The notes under the pieces were generated by a model. The model was not told the DNA's origin. It worked only from the letters and a program-made list of their open reading frames with translations, and made no database searches. Source: Anaerohalosphaeraceae bacterium (lineage in GTDB: Bacteria > Planctomycetota > Phycisphaerae > Sedimentisphaerales > Anaerohalosphaeraceae). Taken from it: DNA of 31,848 nt. The position numbers were made by a program, and so were the translations under genes. The stretch spans positions 1-31,848 of the forward strand of contig JBNRMN010000074.1 of assembly GCA_050309605.1 (NCBI GenBank). Direction: 5' to 3'. Shown here piece after piece: positions 9,216 to 19,759 of the stretch (position 1 is its first letter; every line of letters starts with the position of its first letter).

Positions 9216-9347
9216 TCAGGCGTCATCTGGGTTGTTCGACGACTGGCCGGGAGGTTTTCCGGATAACGTGCGATACATCGAGTAGCCGAACAGGCCCAGA
9301 ATCACCGCCCAGCTTAAGAGCATAAAAATCCATCCGTCAAGTCTCAT
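9216..9347 (-). CDS. 43-aa single-TM small protein, probable MetS-like NSS transporter small subunit (not in the ORF track)
   Basis: MRLDGWIFMLLSWAVILGLFGYSMYRTLSGKPPGQSSNNPDDA*. Its ATG overlaps the transporter stop (ATGA). Confidence 0.75.
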   Translation of the reverse strand: MRLDGWIFMLLSWAVILGLFGYSMYRTLSGKPPGQSSNNPDDA

Positions 9348-10906
9348 GGGTCGATCTCCTGCGCGGCTGCTGCGGGGCGTCGCCGCCAGACAAAACGCAC
9401 CATCAGCAGCAAAAAGATGAACAGCCCCGCCAGTCCCACGCGAGTCAGCAAAATGATCGGCTTATCGGCGGGCGGAATATCTTCGAGGAAAAGATGCCTT
9501 CGCCAGTCCGTCCAGATCCACGACGCCAGAATGGTCAGCAGCATCAGCGGCGTGATATATTTAATGATCAAACGATAAATACTCGGAATGCGAATATCCG
9601 ATCCGGCGTGCAGCTCCGTCCAGGCGCGGTCGATGCCGAAGACCCAGGCAAACAAAATCACCTCGACGGTGGCGAACACAACAAGACACACCGTCGTCCC
9701 CCAGAAATCCATCTCGCCCAGAACCCCGTTGCCGTAAAAGAAAATCACCGGCTGACACAGCAAAAAAGTAATCACCGCAAACAGCACCGCCGCTTCGCGC
9801 CGCGACAGATTGAATTCGTCTTCCAAAAACGCGATGGCCGGCTGCGCCAGCGAAATGGAGCTGGTCACACCGGCAACAAACAGCAAAAAGAACCACAAAA
9901 AGCCGAACACCTGGCCGTACGCCATTTTTCCCAGCACCAGCGGCATGGTAATGAACCCGATATCAAAAATTCCCTGCCGGGCAATGGTTTCAATGCCGGC
10001 GGCTCCGACAAAGGCAAACGCCGCCGGAATCACGAGACTGCCGCCGAGCACCACTTCGGTCATCTCGTTGGTCGCCGCCGCCGTCAGTCCCGACAGCGCC
10101 ACATCATCGTTGCGCCGCAGATAACTGGCATACGTTAAAATCACGCCGAACCCCACGCTGAGCGTAAAGAAAATCTGTCCGGCCGCGGCCAGCCACACAT
10201 GCGGCTCACGCAGTGCCTGCCAGTCGGGATTCCACAAAAACCCCAACCCGTTGGCCACATTGTTCTCCGGCAGCGCCGGATCGGGCGCCCCCAGCGTCAG
10301 CACCCGCACCACAAGGATCACTGCAATGACCAGCAAGAGCGGCAGTGCCCACTTGCAGAACCGCTCGATGCCCCGGCTGATGCCGAATCCCACCACAATG
10401 ACATTGATGGCAAAGGTAATCATAAAAAACAGATACGCCGTCCCCAGACCGCTGAAATGCTCATTGTGGGTCAACCCCTGATAGCCCCGCAGAAATTCCG
10501 CCATTGCGCCGGAATCGCCGCATCCGGCGTATTTCCCGGTGAGAGCAAACACGCTGTAGCCCAACAGCCACGATTCGATATAGGTATAATAGGAAAAAAT
10601 GACAACCGGGCCGAAGATGCCGATGACGCCGAAGTATTTGACGAAACGGTTTTTCTGCCACATCGTGTGAAACACGCCCGGTGCGGTGCTGTGGCCGAAC
10701 CCCCCGCCGAAACGGCCGATCGTCCACTCGATCCACATCAGCGGCAGTCCCAGCAGAAAGAACGACACAAAATAGGGGATCATGAACGCGCCGCCCCCGT
10801 TGTCGGCGGCAACCCCCGGAAAACGCAGAAAATTACCCAGACCCACCGCACTTCCGGCCACCGCCAGAATGATCCCCAAACGGCTTGACCATCGCTGTTG
10901 TGACAT
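9344..10906 (-). CDS. Sodium-dependent transporter, NSS/SNF (LeuT-like) family
   Basis: AGSAVGLGNFLRFP, NGGGAFMIPY, AAGQIFFTLSVGFG and AGVTSSIS. GGAG SD before the ATG at 10906. Confidence 0.93.
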   Translation of the reverse strand: MSQQRWSSRLGIILAVAGSAVGLGNFLRFPGVAADNGGGAFMIPYFVSFFLLGLPLMWIEWTIGRFGGGFGHSTAPGVFHTMWQKNRFVKYFGVIGIFGPVVIFSYYTYIESWLLGYSVFALTGKYAGCGDSGAMAEFLRGYQGLTHNEHFSGLGTAYLFFMITFAINVIVVGFGISRGIERFCKWALPLLLVIAVILVVRVLTLGAPDPALPENNVANGLGFLWNPDWQALREPHVWLAAAGQIFFTLSVGFGVILTYASYLRRNDDVALSGLTAAATNEMTEVVLGGSLVIPAAFAFVGAAGIETIARQGIFDIGFITMPLVLGKMAYGQVFGFLWFFLLFVAGVTSSISLAQPAIAFLEDEFNLSRREAAVLFAVITFLLCQPVIFFYGNGVLGEMDFWGTTVCLVVFATVEVILFAWVFGIDRAWTELHAGSDIRIPSIYRLIIKYITPLMLLTILASWIWTDWRRHLFLEDIPPADKPIILLTRVGLAGLFIFLLLMVRFVWRRRPAAAAQEIDP

Positions 10907-11018
10907 CTGAGTTGCTCCGCAAATCAACTTAAAACGTCAAATCCAATACCGAAACCCGCCGCTAAAAAATCAAAACGCAGTATAAAAGGCGCGCCGCTGC
11001 TGGTACAATTTTGATTTT

Positions 11019-11795
11019 TTATTTAATCCCCAATACCGTCAGGCTGTCGCGCTCCACGACACTTCGCATTTTTTCGCGCGGCACCTGCGGCAGATGGGTA
11101 TCGGCCAGCATTTTGTTAAACCCCAGCAGCGTCTCAATGCAGTGGCCCGGCTCGGCATACGGAAACCCGCTGCCGAACAGCAGCTTATCCATCACGCCCG
11201 CCTCATACGCCCCCATCACCAGATTATAGACTTGCCAGATTTTCTGCGGGTGAATCGTCAGGTCGGCAAACACATTCTCATGCTTGCCCAGCAGGCACAG
11301 GGTTTGATGATGAAACGGCAGCCCCATTCGTCCGATAATCATTCGCAGTCCGGGAAACCGCCTGGCCACCTCATCCAGCAGCCACGGCTGGGCATAGTCC
11401 ATCACCGCCGTCGGTGAGAACGGCGGACAATTATGAAAATACACAATCAGCCCTGCCTGTTCGGCCGCCTCATATAGCTGCAGCGCCCGGCTGTGCGACG
11501 GGTGAAAATGCTCTTCGGCGCAGTACAAGACCACCCCCGCCGTCCGGTCGTGATTTTTCAGCGTTTTGAGCCGCTTGGCTGAAATCTCGTCGTTCAGCGG
11601 ATTGACAGAGACAAACCCATATGTCCTGGGCATCTGACGAAGGTACGTTTCCAGCTCGGCATTGAACTGATCGCGCTGGTTTCCGGCCCCGGCCAGAACA
11701 AAACAGGCATCCACGCCGTTGCAGATACGCCGATGCTCCTCGGTCAGCAGGCCCCGCTCGGGGCAATGCAGATGCGTATGGCAATCCACAATCAT
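11019..11795 (-). CDS. Amidohydrolase-family (Amidohydro_2-like) protein with a degenerate metal site
   Basis: N-terminal IVDCHTH, LDEVARRFPGL, NVFADL and DKLLFGSGFP. GAGGA SD. Confidence 0.8.
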   Translation of the reverse strand: MIVDCHTHLHCPERGLLTEEHRRICNGVDACFVLAGAGNQRDQFNAELETYLRQMPRTYGFVSVNPLNDEISAKRLKTLKNHDRTAGVVLYCAEEHFHPSHSRALQLYEAAEQAGLIVYFHNCPPFSPTAVMDYAQPWLLDEVARRFPGLRMIIGRMGLPFHHQTLCLLGKHENVFADLTIHPQKIWQVYNLVMGAYEAGVMDKLLFGSGFPYAEPGHCIETLLGFNKMLADTHLPQVPREKMRSVVERDSLTVLGIK

Positions 11796-12046
11796 AGTCT
11801 ATCCTCTATTCCCTCAAGGAATCTGTCATTGATTTCGTCATTTTCGACCACATTCTACTCATTCCGATACCCGTAGTAAAGCCAAAAGCCCTGTTCTGTC
11901 AAGGACTTTTAGCCAATTGCTCGCAATAAAGATGTACGAAAACCAAAACACATCAAAACGGACAGCCGCATCCGAATTTCGGATTAGACCGTTTTGCTTG
12001 GATATGATACACTCGATAAAAACAGATGTTTTTGGGGATCGAAACG

Positions 12047-12604
12047 ATGTGGGAATTGCCGGAGCCAAAACCGGTCAAGCTGATTTGCGGCATACTGGCC
12101 TGTGATGCCGCGGCGCTGGATGCTGCGCGGGAATGTTTGATTGCGGCGTTGGGGACGGCTGACCGCATCAGCGATATCTGGCCGTTTGATATGACCGCTT
12201 ACTATGCCGAGCAGGCCGGCCCGCGGATTTTGCGTCAGTTTGTCGCCTTTGAGGCGTTGATCGATCCCGGCCGCTTGGCCGCCGTCAAGCACACCACCAA
12301 CTGTCTGGAACGCCGCTTGGCCGACACATTGGCCCGTCCGTGGCCGCGACCGGTCAATTTCGATCCCGGCCTGATTGAGCCGAGCAAGCTGGTGCTGGCC
12401 TCGACCAAGAATTTTGCCCATCGGGTCTATATCGGCGACCGAATGTACGCCGAGGTGACCATGACCTATGTCCGCGGGACATGGCAGACCTTTCCGTTTA
12501 CCTTTCCCGATTTCAAAAGTGGACGTTACGATGCATTCTTGAGCGAGGTGCGGCAGCGGCTCGTCGAACAGCAAAAACAGGCAGCGCGTTCGAAAGAGGT
12601 CTGA
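12047..12604 (+). CDS. DUF4416-family protein
   Basis: PVKLICGIL, TAYYAEQAG, RPVNFDPG, LVLASTKNFAHRVYI and FTFPDFKS. Confidence 0.8.
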   Translation: MWELPEPKPVKLICGILACDAAALDAARECLIAALGTADRISDIWPFDMTAYYAEQAGPRILRQFVAFEALIDPGRLAAVKHTTNCLERRLADTLARPWPRPVNFDPGLIEPSKLVLASTKNFAHRVYIGDRMYAEVTMTYVRGTWQTFPFTFPDFKSGRYDAFLSEVRQRLVEQQKQAARSKEV

Positions 12605-12637
12605 ACTCAGCACAAGATCCGTCGGCCGGGGCATTGG

Positions 12638-13387
12638 TTATGCCATTTTTTGCAGGATCTCGTCGGGAATATCGAAATTGGCATAGACTTCCTGCACGTC
12701 ATCGTGGTCTTCAAAATCCTCCATCAGCGCCAAGATTCGCTGGGCGATTTCCGGATCGTCAACCGCGACGGTATTTTCGGGCACCATCGACAGCTCCGCG
12801 CTGTTCAGGGGGATTTGTTTGTCCTCCAGCGCCGCCTTCAGGTCGTCATAGGCGCTTGGCGCGCAGGTCACCTCGTAAAGTTCGCCAGTATTTTCGATGT
12901 CGTCGGCGCCGCTGTTCAGGGCGATGTCCATCAGCGTCTCCTCATCGACATCGTCGGTCTTGAGGGTAATAACGCCGCGTTTTTTGAACATCCAACTGAC
13001 ACAGCCGGTCGCGCCGAGTGAGCCGCCGCGCCGCTCGAAAATTTTCCGGATTTCCGGCGCTGTACGGGTCCGGTTGTCGGTCAATCCCTCGACCATAATG
13101 GCCACGCCGCCGGGGGCGTACCCTTCGTACAGCACCTCTTCATACGTCACGCCGCCCAGTTCGCCGGTTCCCTTTTTGATGGCCTTTTCAATGGTATCTT
13201 TGGGCATATTGGCGGCCTTGGCCTTATCGATGGCGTAGCGCAGCGTCAGATTGGCCGCCGGGTCGCCGCCGCCGGCTTTGGCCGCAACGATGATCATCCG
13301 TGCAATCTTGCTCCACAATTTCCCGCGTTTGGCGTCGTTGGCGGCCTTTTTGTGTTTGATTCCCGCCCAATGTGAATGTCCAGCCAT
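12638..13387 (-). CDS. yebC: YebC/PmpR (TACO1) family protein
   Basis: MAGHSHWAGIKHKK, YEGYAPGGVA, TDNRTRT and EDHDDVQEVYANF. Confidence 0.95.
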   Translation of the reverse strand: MAGHSHWAGIKHKKAANDAKRGKLWSKIARMIIVAAKAGGGDPAANLTLRYAIDKAKAANMPKDTIEKAIKKGTGELGGVTYEEVLYEGYAPGGVAIMVEGLTDNRTRTAPEIRKIFERRGGSLGATGCVSWMFKKRGVITLKTDDVDEETLMDIALNSGADDIENTGELYEVTCAPSAYDDLKAALEDKQIPLNSAELSMVPENTVAVDDPEIAQRILALMEDFEDHDDVQEVYANFDIPDEILQKMA

Positions 13388-13469
13388 AATCTACCCTTAG
13401 TAAACGTATGGTATGTCTCGTTTGATTGGTATATTCTCTCTCTCGATTTTCCGACCTCTGACCTCTGTC

Positions 13470-14345
13470 CTAATGAATCACCTTATTCAAGGGATACGTA
13501 AAAATCCCCGATGCCCCGGCGCGTTTCAACTGCGGAATCAACTCGCGCTCAATGCGCTCTTCGACCAGAATCTCAATCGCGACGTACTCCGAATCGGCCA
13601 GCGGCGAGACCGTCGGGCTTTTTTCCGACGGCAGGATGTCAAGAATCGCCGGCAGGTTCTGTTTTTGCACATTGAGCTTCAGCCCCACCAGCGTCCGCGC
13701 ATCAATCGCGGCATTGAGCAGAATGGCAATGTTTTCAATCTTATGCCGCTTAAACTCATCCTGCCAGGCCTTGCGGCAGGCAATGAAACGCGTTGTGGAT
13801 TCGAGAATCGTGTCGATGATCCGAAGATTATTCGCCCGCAGTGAAGAGCCGGTCTCAGTCAATTCCACGATGCCGTTGACCAGTCGCGCCTTGACTTCCG
13901 TTGCGCCCCAACTGAATTCGACTTTGACGTTGATCTTCTTCTGTTCAAAGTAACGGCGCGTGGCGCTGACCAGTTCGGTGGCGATGATGCCCCCGGCCAG
14001 ATCTTCGGGTTTCTGGGCGGACGATTCGTTCGGCACGGCCAGCACCCACCGCGCCGGATTGGACGTGGCCTTGCTGTACCGCAGCTCGCACACCTCGTGC
14101 ACATCCGAGGCGTTCTCAATAATCCAGTCGTGCCCGGTAAATCCGGCGTCCAGTACGCCTTCTTCCACGTATCGGCTCATCTCCTGAGCGCGAAGCATAA
14201 TCAACTGAATCTGCGGGTCGTCGATCCGCGGGAAGTAACTGCGCTCATAGCCGCTGATGTTAAAGCCGGCTTTTTCAAACAATTCAAATGTGGCGTTCTG
14301 AAGGCTTCCCTTGGGAATGCCCAGTTTCAATACGTTTTCAGACAA
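13470..14345 (-). CDS. hisG: ATP phosphoribosyltransferase, long form
   Basis: GIPKGSL, LDAGFTGHDW, FSWGATE and TETGSSLRANNL, plus a C-terminal regulatory domain (SPTVSPL). Confidence 0.93.
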   Translation of the reverse strand: MSENVLKLGIPKGSLQNATFELFEKAGFNISGYERSYFPRIDDPQIQLIMLRAQEMSRYVEEGVLDAGFTGHDWIIENASDVHEVCELRYSKATSNPARWVLAVPNESSAQKPEDLAGGIIATELVSATRRYFEQKKINVKVEFSWGATEVKARLVNGIVELTETGSSLRANNLRIIDTILESTTRFIACRKAWQDEFKRHKIENIAILLNAAIDARTLVGLKLNVQKQNLPAILDILPSEKSPTVSPLADSEYVAIEILVEERIERELIPQLKRAGASGIFTYPLNKVIH

Positions 14346-14380
14346 TGTCTTGCTTCCTTTATACTAAATACCAACGTACG

Positions 14381-15076
14381 TTACTTTTTCGGTGTTTTTT
14401 TCTTGGTTGTTTTTTTCTTTTTGGCGTATTTTGCCTTTGACCTGGATGCGGTTTTGGCGCGGGCGGGCTTGAGGCCGCCTTCGGTCTCGGCGCGCAGCAG
14501 TGCGTAAAATGTATAGGCGTCCGCGGCGCTGATGTGGCGTTCGAGAAAACTTTCAATCTCCTGAATCGTCGCATCCGGATGCACCAACTCATGCTCTCGA
14601 AGATACGCCGCCATTTGATCGGTCAGCGGGATCGCATGACCGCTCAGCGCCGTCAAAAACGTATAGGCCGCGACAAACGGCGTCATGCCGGCGATCTCGT
14701 CCAGTTCTTTTCGCGCCTGACGTTTCCCTTCGGACGTCAGCGACAGCAGATTTACCTTGTCATATTTTTCAAAAACGGCATTCAGGGTTTTGATCAGTGC
14801 CTGCGCCGAGGCCGAGGCCGCTTCCGAGGCGTCGCCGAAGACCTCCAGTATCTCTTCCTGACGCGACACACGCAGATCATTCATATCCACAAAATGATCG
14901 CGAATGCGTCGGCAGATCTTACCGGCGTTGGACTCGGTCGTAAAGGCGCTGACAAAGGCATAAACGATTGCCTCGACCGGATCGCTGTAGCGTGGCGGCG
15001 AGGCCGGCGCCGCTTTTTTTTGCAGCGCCTTGAACAGTTTTTCAATTTTCGGGCTGTAGTCTTTACTGTTTTTCAT
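14381..15076 (-). CDS. Hypothetical protein, probable degenerate HhH-GPD/endonuclease III-like fold with a Lys-rich tail
   Basis: DPVEAIVYAF...FVDMNDLRVS...ARKELDEIAGM...GHAIPL pattern and C-terminal KAKYAKKKKTTKKKTPKK. Lies inside the rbfA-hisG operon. Confidence 0.65.
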   Translation of the reverse strand: MKNSKDYSPKIEKLFKALQKKAAPASPPRYSDPVEAIVYAFVSAFTTESNAGKICRRIRDHFVDMNDLRVSRQEEILEVFGDASEAASASAQALIKTLNAVFEKYDKVNLLSLTSEGKRQARKELDEIAGMTPFVAAYTFLTALSGHAIPLTDQMAAYLREHELVHPDATIQEIESFLERHISAADAYTFYALLRAETEGGLKPARAKTASRSKAKYAKKKKTTKKKTPKK

Positions 15077-15094
15077 AGCCGTGACCTTTTCCGA

Positions 15095-15526
15095 TTAAGG
15101 GCCTTGCTGTTCATCCTCATCCGGGGCGTCTGGCTCGGATAAGTCATTTGTCGAGCCGCTGTCTGCAGGCTCGTATTCCTGTCGCGCCCGGTCGATCAGT
15201 TCCAGTGTCCGGAGCGTGTTTTTCATTTTCGTGTCCAGCTCGAACCGCAAATGCGGACAGACTCGCCCGGTCAGGTCGCGCCCGAGCGCCGCCTGTATGG
15301 GACCGGCCGCGTGCTGAATCGCGGCAAAGGTCAACTTGCCCGCCTTCTCGTCAACGCCGAAAATACTGAGATACACCGTGGCGTTTTTCGTGTCCGGCGA
15401 CACCGTCACCTCCGTGACGCTCACCAGCCCCGTGATGCGCGGATCGCTGAGTCGATTCTGGATCGTATGGCTGACCGAATCCCGAATTACCCGCGCGATT
15501 TTAAGTTGTCGTCTTGATTCCGTCAT
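15095..15526 (-). CDS. rbfA: Ribosome-binding factor A
   Basis: DPRITGLVSVTEVTVSPDTKNATVY and PHLRFELD. Located downstream of infB. Confidence 0.92.
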   Translation of the reverse strand: MTESRRQLKIARVIRDSVSHTIQNRLSDPRITGLVSVTEVTVSPDTKNATVYLSIFGVDEKAGKLTFAAIQHAAGPIQAALGRDLTGRVCPHLRFELDTKMKNTLRTLELIDRARQEYEPADSGSTNDLSEPDAPDEDEQQGP

Positions 15527-15674
15527 GTTATATCGATGCACACAAGAGATAAAGATAACGCCGGCCAGACGCCTGCAAAGTCGAAGCATAAAATCCGGAA
15601 AAGGTTACAATTGTTCAAAAAACTCCGGATCTGAACGCCGTCCTTCTGTTATCTTCCGTCTTCTGACCTCTGAC

Positions 15675-18431
15675 TTACAGTGAATCCCGCTTGACCTGCA
15701 CGACTTCAAATGCCTCAAGGACATCCTCAAGCTTCACATCGTCAAATCCGGCGATCTTGATGCCGCATTCCAGCCCGGCCCGCACCTCACGCACATCGTC
15801 CTTGAAGTGTTTGAGCGATTCGATGGTGCAATTGTCTTTGACGACGATATTGTCGCGAATCAACCGCAGTTTGGCGTTTTTGGTAATGGTTCCGCTGGTC
15901 ACGTAACAGCCGGCGATCGTGCCGAGACTGGAGACTTTAAATGTGTTTCGCACCACTGCACGACCGAGGATTTTTTCTTCGCTTTCCGGCTCCAGCATCC
16001 CGATCATTGCCGCCTTGACATCTTCTGTAATACGATAAATGATGTTATACAGCCGAATATCAACGCCTTTGGCCTCGGCCAACTGCCGCACGCGGTCTTC
16101 GGGCACGACATTAAAGCCGATGATAATCGCGCCCGACGCCTCAGCCAGCACCACATCGCCTTCATTGATGCCGCCGACGCCGCTGTGAATAATCCGCACC
16201 CGCACTTCCTCGGTGCTCAAATCGGTCAGGTACTTATTGAGCACGTCCACCGACCCCTGCACGTCGGCTTTGACGATCAGATTCAGTTCTTTGATATTCC
16301 CCGCGGCGATATGGCTGAACAGATTGTCCAGTGTAATCTGCGAGCGTTTGGCCAGGGTCTGCTCCCGGCTGAGCCGCTGCATTTCCTCGGCGGCCTGTTT
16401 GGCTTCATTGATGTCGTCCAGACAGTAAAACTTATCGCCCGCCTGCGGCACGCCGTCCAGACCGGTAATGACCACGGGCATCGACGGATCGGCGCTTTTG
16501 ACGGTGCGTCCGCGGCTGTCAATCACCGTGCGGATGCGCCCATAGACGCCGCCGGCCAGCACCACATCGCCTTTATCCAGATGGCCTTCCTTCAGCAGCA
16601 CCGTCGCGACCGACCCCTTGGTCGGCGACATATGCGCCTCAACCACCCAGCCGTAGGCCGGGATGGTCGGATCGGCCGAAAAATTCAAATCCTCGGCTGT
16701 AAAATCAATATGTTCAAGCAGTTCTTCAATACCCTGACCGGTGACGGCGCTGGTTTGGATGATTTCCGTCTGGCCGCCCCATTCCCGAGGGGTCAACTCG
16801 TGCTCGGCAAGCTGTCCGTAGATGCGATTGACATCCACGCCCGGCAAATCAATCTTGTTCAGCGCCACCAGAATCGCCACGCCCGCCGCCTTGGCATGAT
16901 GAATCGCCTCAATCGTCTGCGGCATCAGCCCGTCATCGGCGGCCACGACCAGAATCACAATATCGGTCATATGGGCCCCGCGGGCGCGCATCGCCGTAAA
17001 GGCCTCGTGCCCCGGCGTGTCCAGAAATGTAATTTTCTTGCCGTGAAGCTCGATCTGATAGGCGCCGATGTGCTGGGTAATGCCGCCGGCCTCGCCCGTG
17101 GCCACATTGGTTTGCCGAATGCGGTCCAGAAGACTGGTTTTCCCGTGGTCCACATGACCGAGCATCGTGACCACCGGCGGACGTTTTTGGAGATTCGGAC
17201 GCGAACGAGTGGAAAATTTTTCTTCAATCTGCTCCAGAAGCGTCCGCTTGCGCTCGACTATCAGCTCCGTGCCGAATTCGAGGGCCACCAGTTCGGCCGC
17301 GTCTGTCGAAATCGCCTGATTGGCGGTGGCCATAATGCCTTGATTCATCAGTTTGGTGATGATGTCGCCCGTCTTGACCGCCAGCGCCGCCGAGAGGTCT
17401 TTGACCGTGATCGGCTCGTGCACGACGGCTTTTTCAGGACGTTCCGACGAGGCGCTGATGTCCTCGGCGCTGCGTGCTTCAATGCGTCGCGACGGCTTGG
17501 CCCGCTTGCTGGCGCCGCCGGCTGCCGCCAGACGTGCCTGACGTTCTTCCAGATCGCGAAGCCGAACCCGCTTGATGTCCCCGCCGCGGCCTCGACGAGC
17601 GCCTTTGTCTCCGGAATCTTTGCGCCGCCCATGGGTTTTGAGTTTGCTGGATTTTTTGCCCTTTCCAGAGGAAGGACCTGCCGGCAGCGGCATCAGCGGC
17701 TCTCCAGCCGCCGGGGACTTGGGACGCGGCTTCGGCCCGTGCCGTCGTGGGCCGGGGCGACGTCGCACGTCATCCTCAATCGATTCAACCCGAACGACTT
17801 TCGGCCCGCTCAGTTTGGCCGGTTTGGGTTTTTCAAGCATCGGCCCGGCCGGTTTGATGACTTCGGGTTCTGGCTCGGGCGCCGGTTCCTGAGGCGCCGG
17901 CGATTCTTCCCGGTCAGGCACGTCGAGTTTTTCCGTTTCTTGGGCTTTTTTGGGTTCTTCGAGTTCTTCGTGTTTTTCAGGTTTTTCAGGTTCTTCGGTC
18001 GGTTCCGGTTCGACCGGCGGTTCAGTTGTTGGCGCCGGCTGCGGCGGCTCAGCAACAGGCTGCGGCGGCTGGTCGATCTCAATCGGCGGCGATTCAACGG
18101 TCGGCTCGGCAGGTGCCTCGGCGGATGCCGCGGCGGCAGGCTCTGTATCGCTCTGTGCGGCGGCTTTCTCTTCTTCAGTCGGTTCGGGCGCTTTCTTTTT
18201 CTTTCGTTTGACGCGAACCTTTTTCAGATCGACGGGCGCAGCCTTCTCGACCGCCGTGGTGTGTTCGCCTTCGCTGAACCACTCACGGATCGTCGCCGCA
18301 AGGCCCACCGAGATCACCGCCATGTGGTTTTTGATATCTTCCAGACCTTCGGCCTGGCATTTTTCCACAATGGCCTGACTCTTGACGCCAAGCTCTTTGG
18401 CCAATAAGTAAACACGTGTCGATTTAGCCAA
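15675..18431 (-). CDS. infB: Translation initiation factor IF-2
   Basis: [52 protein letters not shown] and GLECGI. TTG start with a GGAG SD. Confidence 0.97.
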   Translation of the reverse strand: MAKSTRVYLLAKELGVKSQAIVEKCQAEGLEDIKNHMAVISVGLAATIREWFSEGEHTTAVEKAAPVDLKKVRVKRKKKKAPEPTEEEKAAAQSDTEPAAAASAEAPAEPTVESPPIEIDQPPQPVAEPPQPAPTTEPPVEPEPTEEPEKPEKHEELEEPKKAQETEKLDVPDREESPAPQEPAPEPEPEVIKPAGPMLEKPKPAKLSGPKVVRVESIEDDVRRRPGPRRHGPKPRPKSPAAGEPLMPLPAGPSSGKGKKSSKLKTHGRRKDSGDKGARRGRGGDIKRVRLRDLEERQARLAAAGGASKRAKPSRRIEARSAEDISASSERPEKAVVHEPITVKDLSAALAVKTGDIITKLMNQGIMATANQAISTDAAELVALEFGTELIVERKRTLLEQIEEKFSTRSRPNLQKRPPVVTMLGHVDHGKTSLLDRIRQTNVATGEAGGITQHIGAYQIELHGKKITFLDTPGHEAFTAMRARGAHMTDIVILVVAADDGLMPQTIEAIHHAKAAGVAILVALNKIDLPGVDVNRIYGQLAEHELTPREWGGQTEIIQTSAVTGQGIEELLEHIDFTAEDLNFSADPTIPAYGWVVEAHMSPTKGSVATVLLKEGHLDKGDVVLAGGVYGRIRTVIDSRGRTVKSADPSMPVVITGLDGVPQAGDKFYCLDDINEAKQAAEEMQRLSREQTLAKRSQITLDNLFSHIAAGNIKELNLIVKADVQGSVDVLNKYLTDLSTEEVRVRIIHSGVGGINEGDVVLAEASGAIIIGFNVVPEDRVRQLAEAKGVDIRLYNIIYRITEDVKAAMIGMLEPESEEKILGRAVVRNTFKVSSLGTIAGCYVTSGTITKNAKLRLIRDNIVVKDNCTIESLKHFKDDVREVRAGLECGIKIAGFDDVKLEDVLEAFEVVQVKRDSL

Positions 18432-18473
18432 ATTCGTCTCTCCGTTAAATCCGTTACGCCGTACAAAAGACGT

Positions 18474-19703
18474 CTATTTGCGTTTCTTCTTCTTCTTCTT
18501 TTCCTGTCTGAGCAGGGCCTGTGCCTGGGTCTGGACGTTTTCGGCGGCGGCTTTTTTGGATGCCTCGGCTGCGGCGGCAATAATCTTCTCGGCCTGCTCG
18601 GTCGGTACATCCAACTCCTCAACCAGAGGAGCGGCACCGACTTCCTCAAGATCCAGAACCGAGATGATCCCCAGTGCCAGCAGCTTATCAATGAAACTGT
18701 CGTCGATGCCTTCGACGTCCTTCAGCGCCTCGGCCATCCGCTCAACTTCTTTGTTGTATTCATCCGGCGTCAGGATGTCAATGTCCCAGCCGGTCAGCCG
18801 GGCGGCCAATCGTACATTTTGCCCATGCTTGCCGATCGCCAGGGACAATTGGTCTTCGGTAACGACCACCGTCGCTCGTCCCAGCTCAAAACAAATCGCA
18901 ATCTCGCTGACTTTGGCCGGGGCCAGCGCGTTGGCGATCAGATTGTGGGATGAATCGCTCCATTTGACAATATCAATCTTTTCGCCGCCGAGTTCATCCA
19001 CAATATTGCGGATTCGACTGCCCCGCACCCCGACGCACGCGCCGACCGGGTCCACCTTGTCGTCGAGGGTGTCCACGGCGATTTTGGTTCGATACCCCGC
19101 TTCACGTGCCAGCGACTTGATCTCAATGATTCCCTCGGCCACTTCAGGTACTTCCAACTCAAAAAGCCGACGAATAAAGTCCGGATGCGTTCGCGACAGG
19201 ATGATCTTGACCTGATTGGACAAATCCCGCACGTCCAGAATCAGGCACCGAATCCGTTCATTGGGATGGTGTGTTTCGCCGGTAATCTGCTCTGATTTTG
19301 GCAAAATCGCCTCGACCCGATTGGTCACGTTGATCACCAGTACCCCGCCTTCATAACGAGCGACGATACCGTTGATGATGTCGCCTTTGCGCTGGGCGTA
19401 TTCCGCGTAAATACTGTCGCGTTCATCAGCCTTGATTTTTTGAATCATCACCTGTTTGGCGGTTTGAGCCGGAATCCGCCCCAATTGACGAATGTCGATT
19501 TGCACATCATCCTTGTAGGCGGTGATCTGTCCGGTGCTGCGGTCAATGTGCACTACGATATCGCCCTCGGCGCCGTGCAGCAGGCCGAAATGCTTCCGCG
19601 CCGCCGAGATCATCGCCGCCTCAAGATCCTGAAATATGGACTCGCGGTCGATGTTCTTGTCCCGTGCGATGTTGTCAACGATTCGTATTAATTCCTGATT
19701 CAT
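18474..19703 (-). CDS. nusA: Transcription termination/antitermination factor NusA
   Basis: GRIPAQTAKQV, LFELEVPEV, AREAGYRTKIAV, GACVGVRGSRI and LSLAIGKHGQNVRLAARLTG. AAGGA SD. Confidence 0.97.
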   Translation of the reverse strand: MNQELIRIVDNIARDKNIDRESIFQDLEAAMISAARKHFGLLHGAEGDIVVHIDRSTGQITAYKDDVQIDIRQLGRIPAQTAKQVMIQKIKADERDSIYAEYAQRKGDIINGIVARYEGGVLVINVTNRVEAILPKSEQITGETHHPNERIRCLILDVRDLSNQVKIILSRTHPDFIRRLFELEVPEVAEGIIEIKSLAREAGYRTKIAVDTLDDKVDPVGACVGVRGSRIRNIVDELGGEKIDIVKWSDSSHNLIANALAPAKVSEIAICFELGRATVVVTEDQLSLAIGKHGQNVRLAARLTGWDIDILTPDEYNKEVERMAEALKDVEGIDDSFIDKLLALGIISVLDLEEVGAAPLVEELDVPTEQAEKIIAAAAEASKKAAAENVQTQAQALLRQEKKKKKKRK

Positions 19704-19723
19704 TTTGTCGTTTTCCTTCTCAG

Positions 19724-19759
19724 AAAATAAAAAAGTGGAAACCTTCAGGTTACCACTTT
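19724..19759 (-). terminator. Leader terminator/attenuator immediately upstream of nusA
   Basis: Minus-strand AAAGTGGTAACC-TGAA-GGTTTCCACTTT followed by TTTATTTT, about 20 nt before the nusA ATG. Confidence 0.75.

Noticed and set aside
17880..18200. Pro/Glu-rich repeats in infB
   Set aside because: Ordinary variable low-complexity linker of IF-2.
15807..18407. 866-aa plus-strand ORF
   Set aside because: Antisense shadow of infB caused by GC-rich codon bias. The same applies to 22930-24771 opposite pnp and to other overlapping ORFs.
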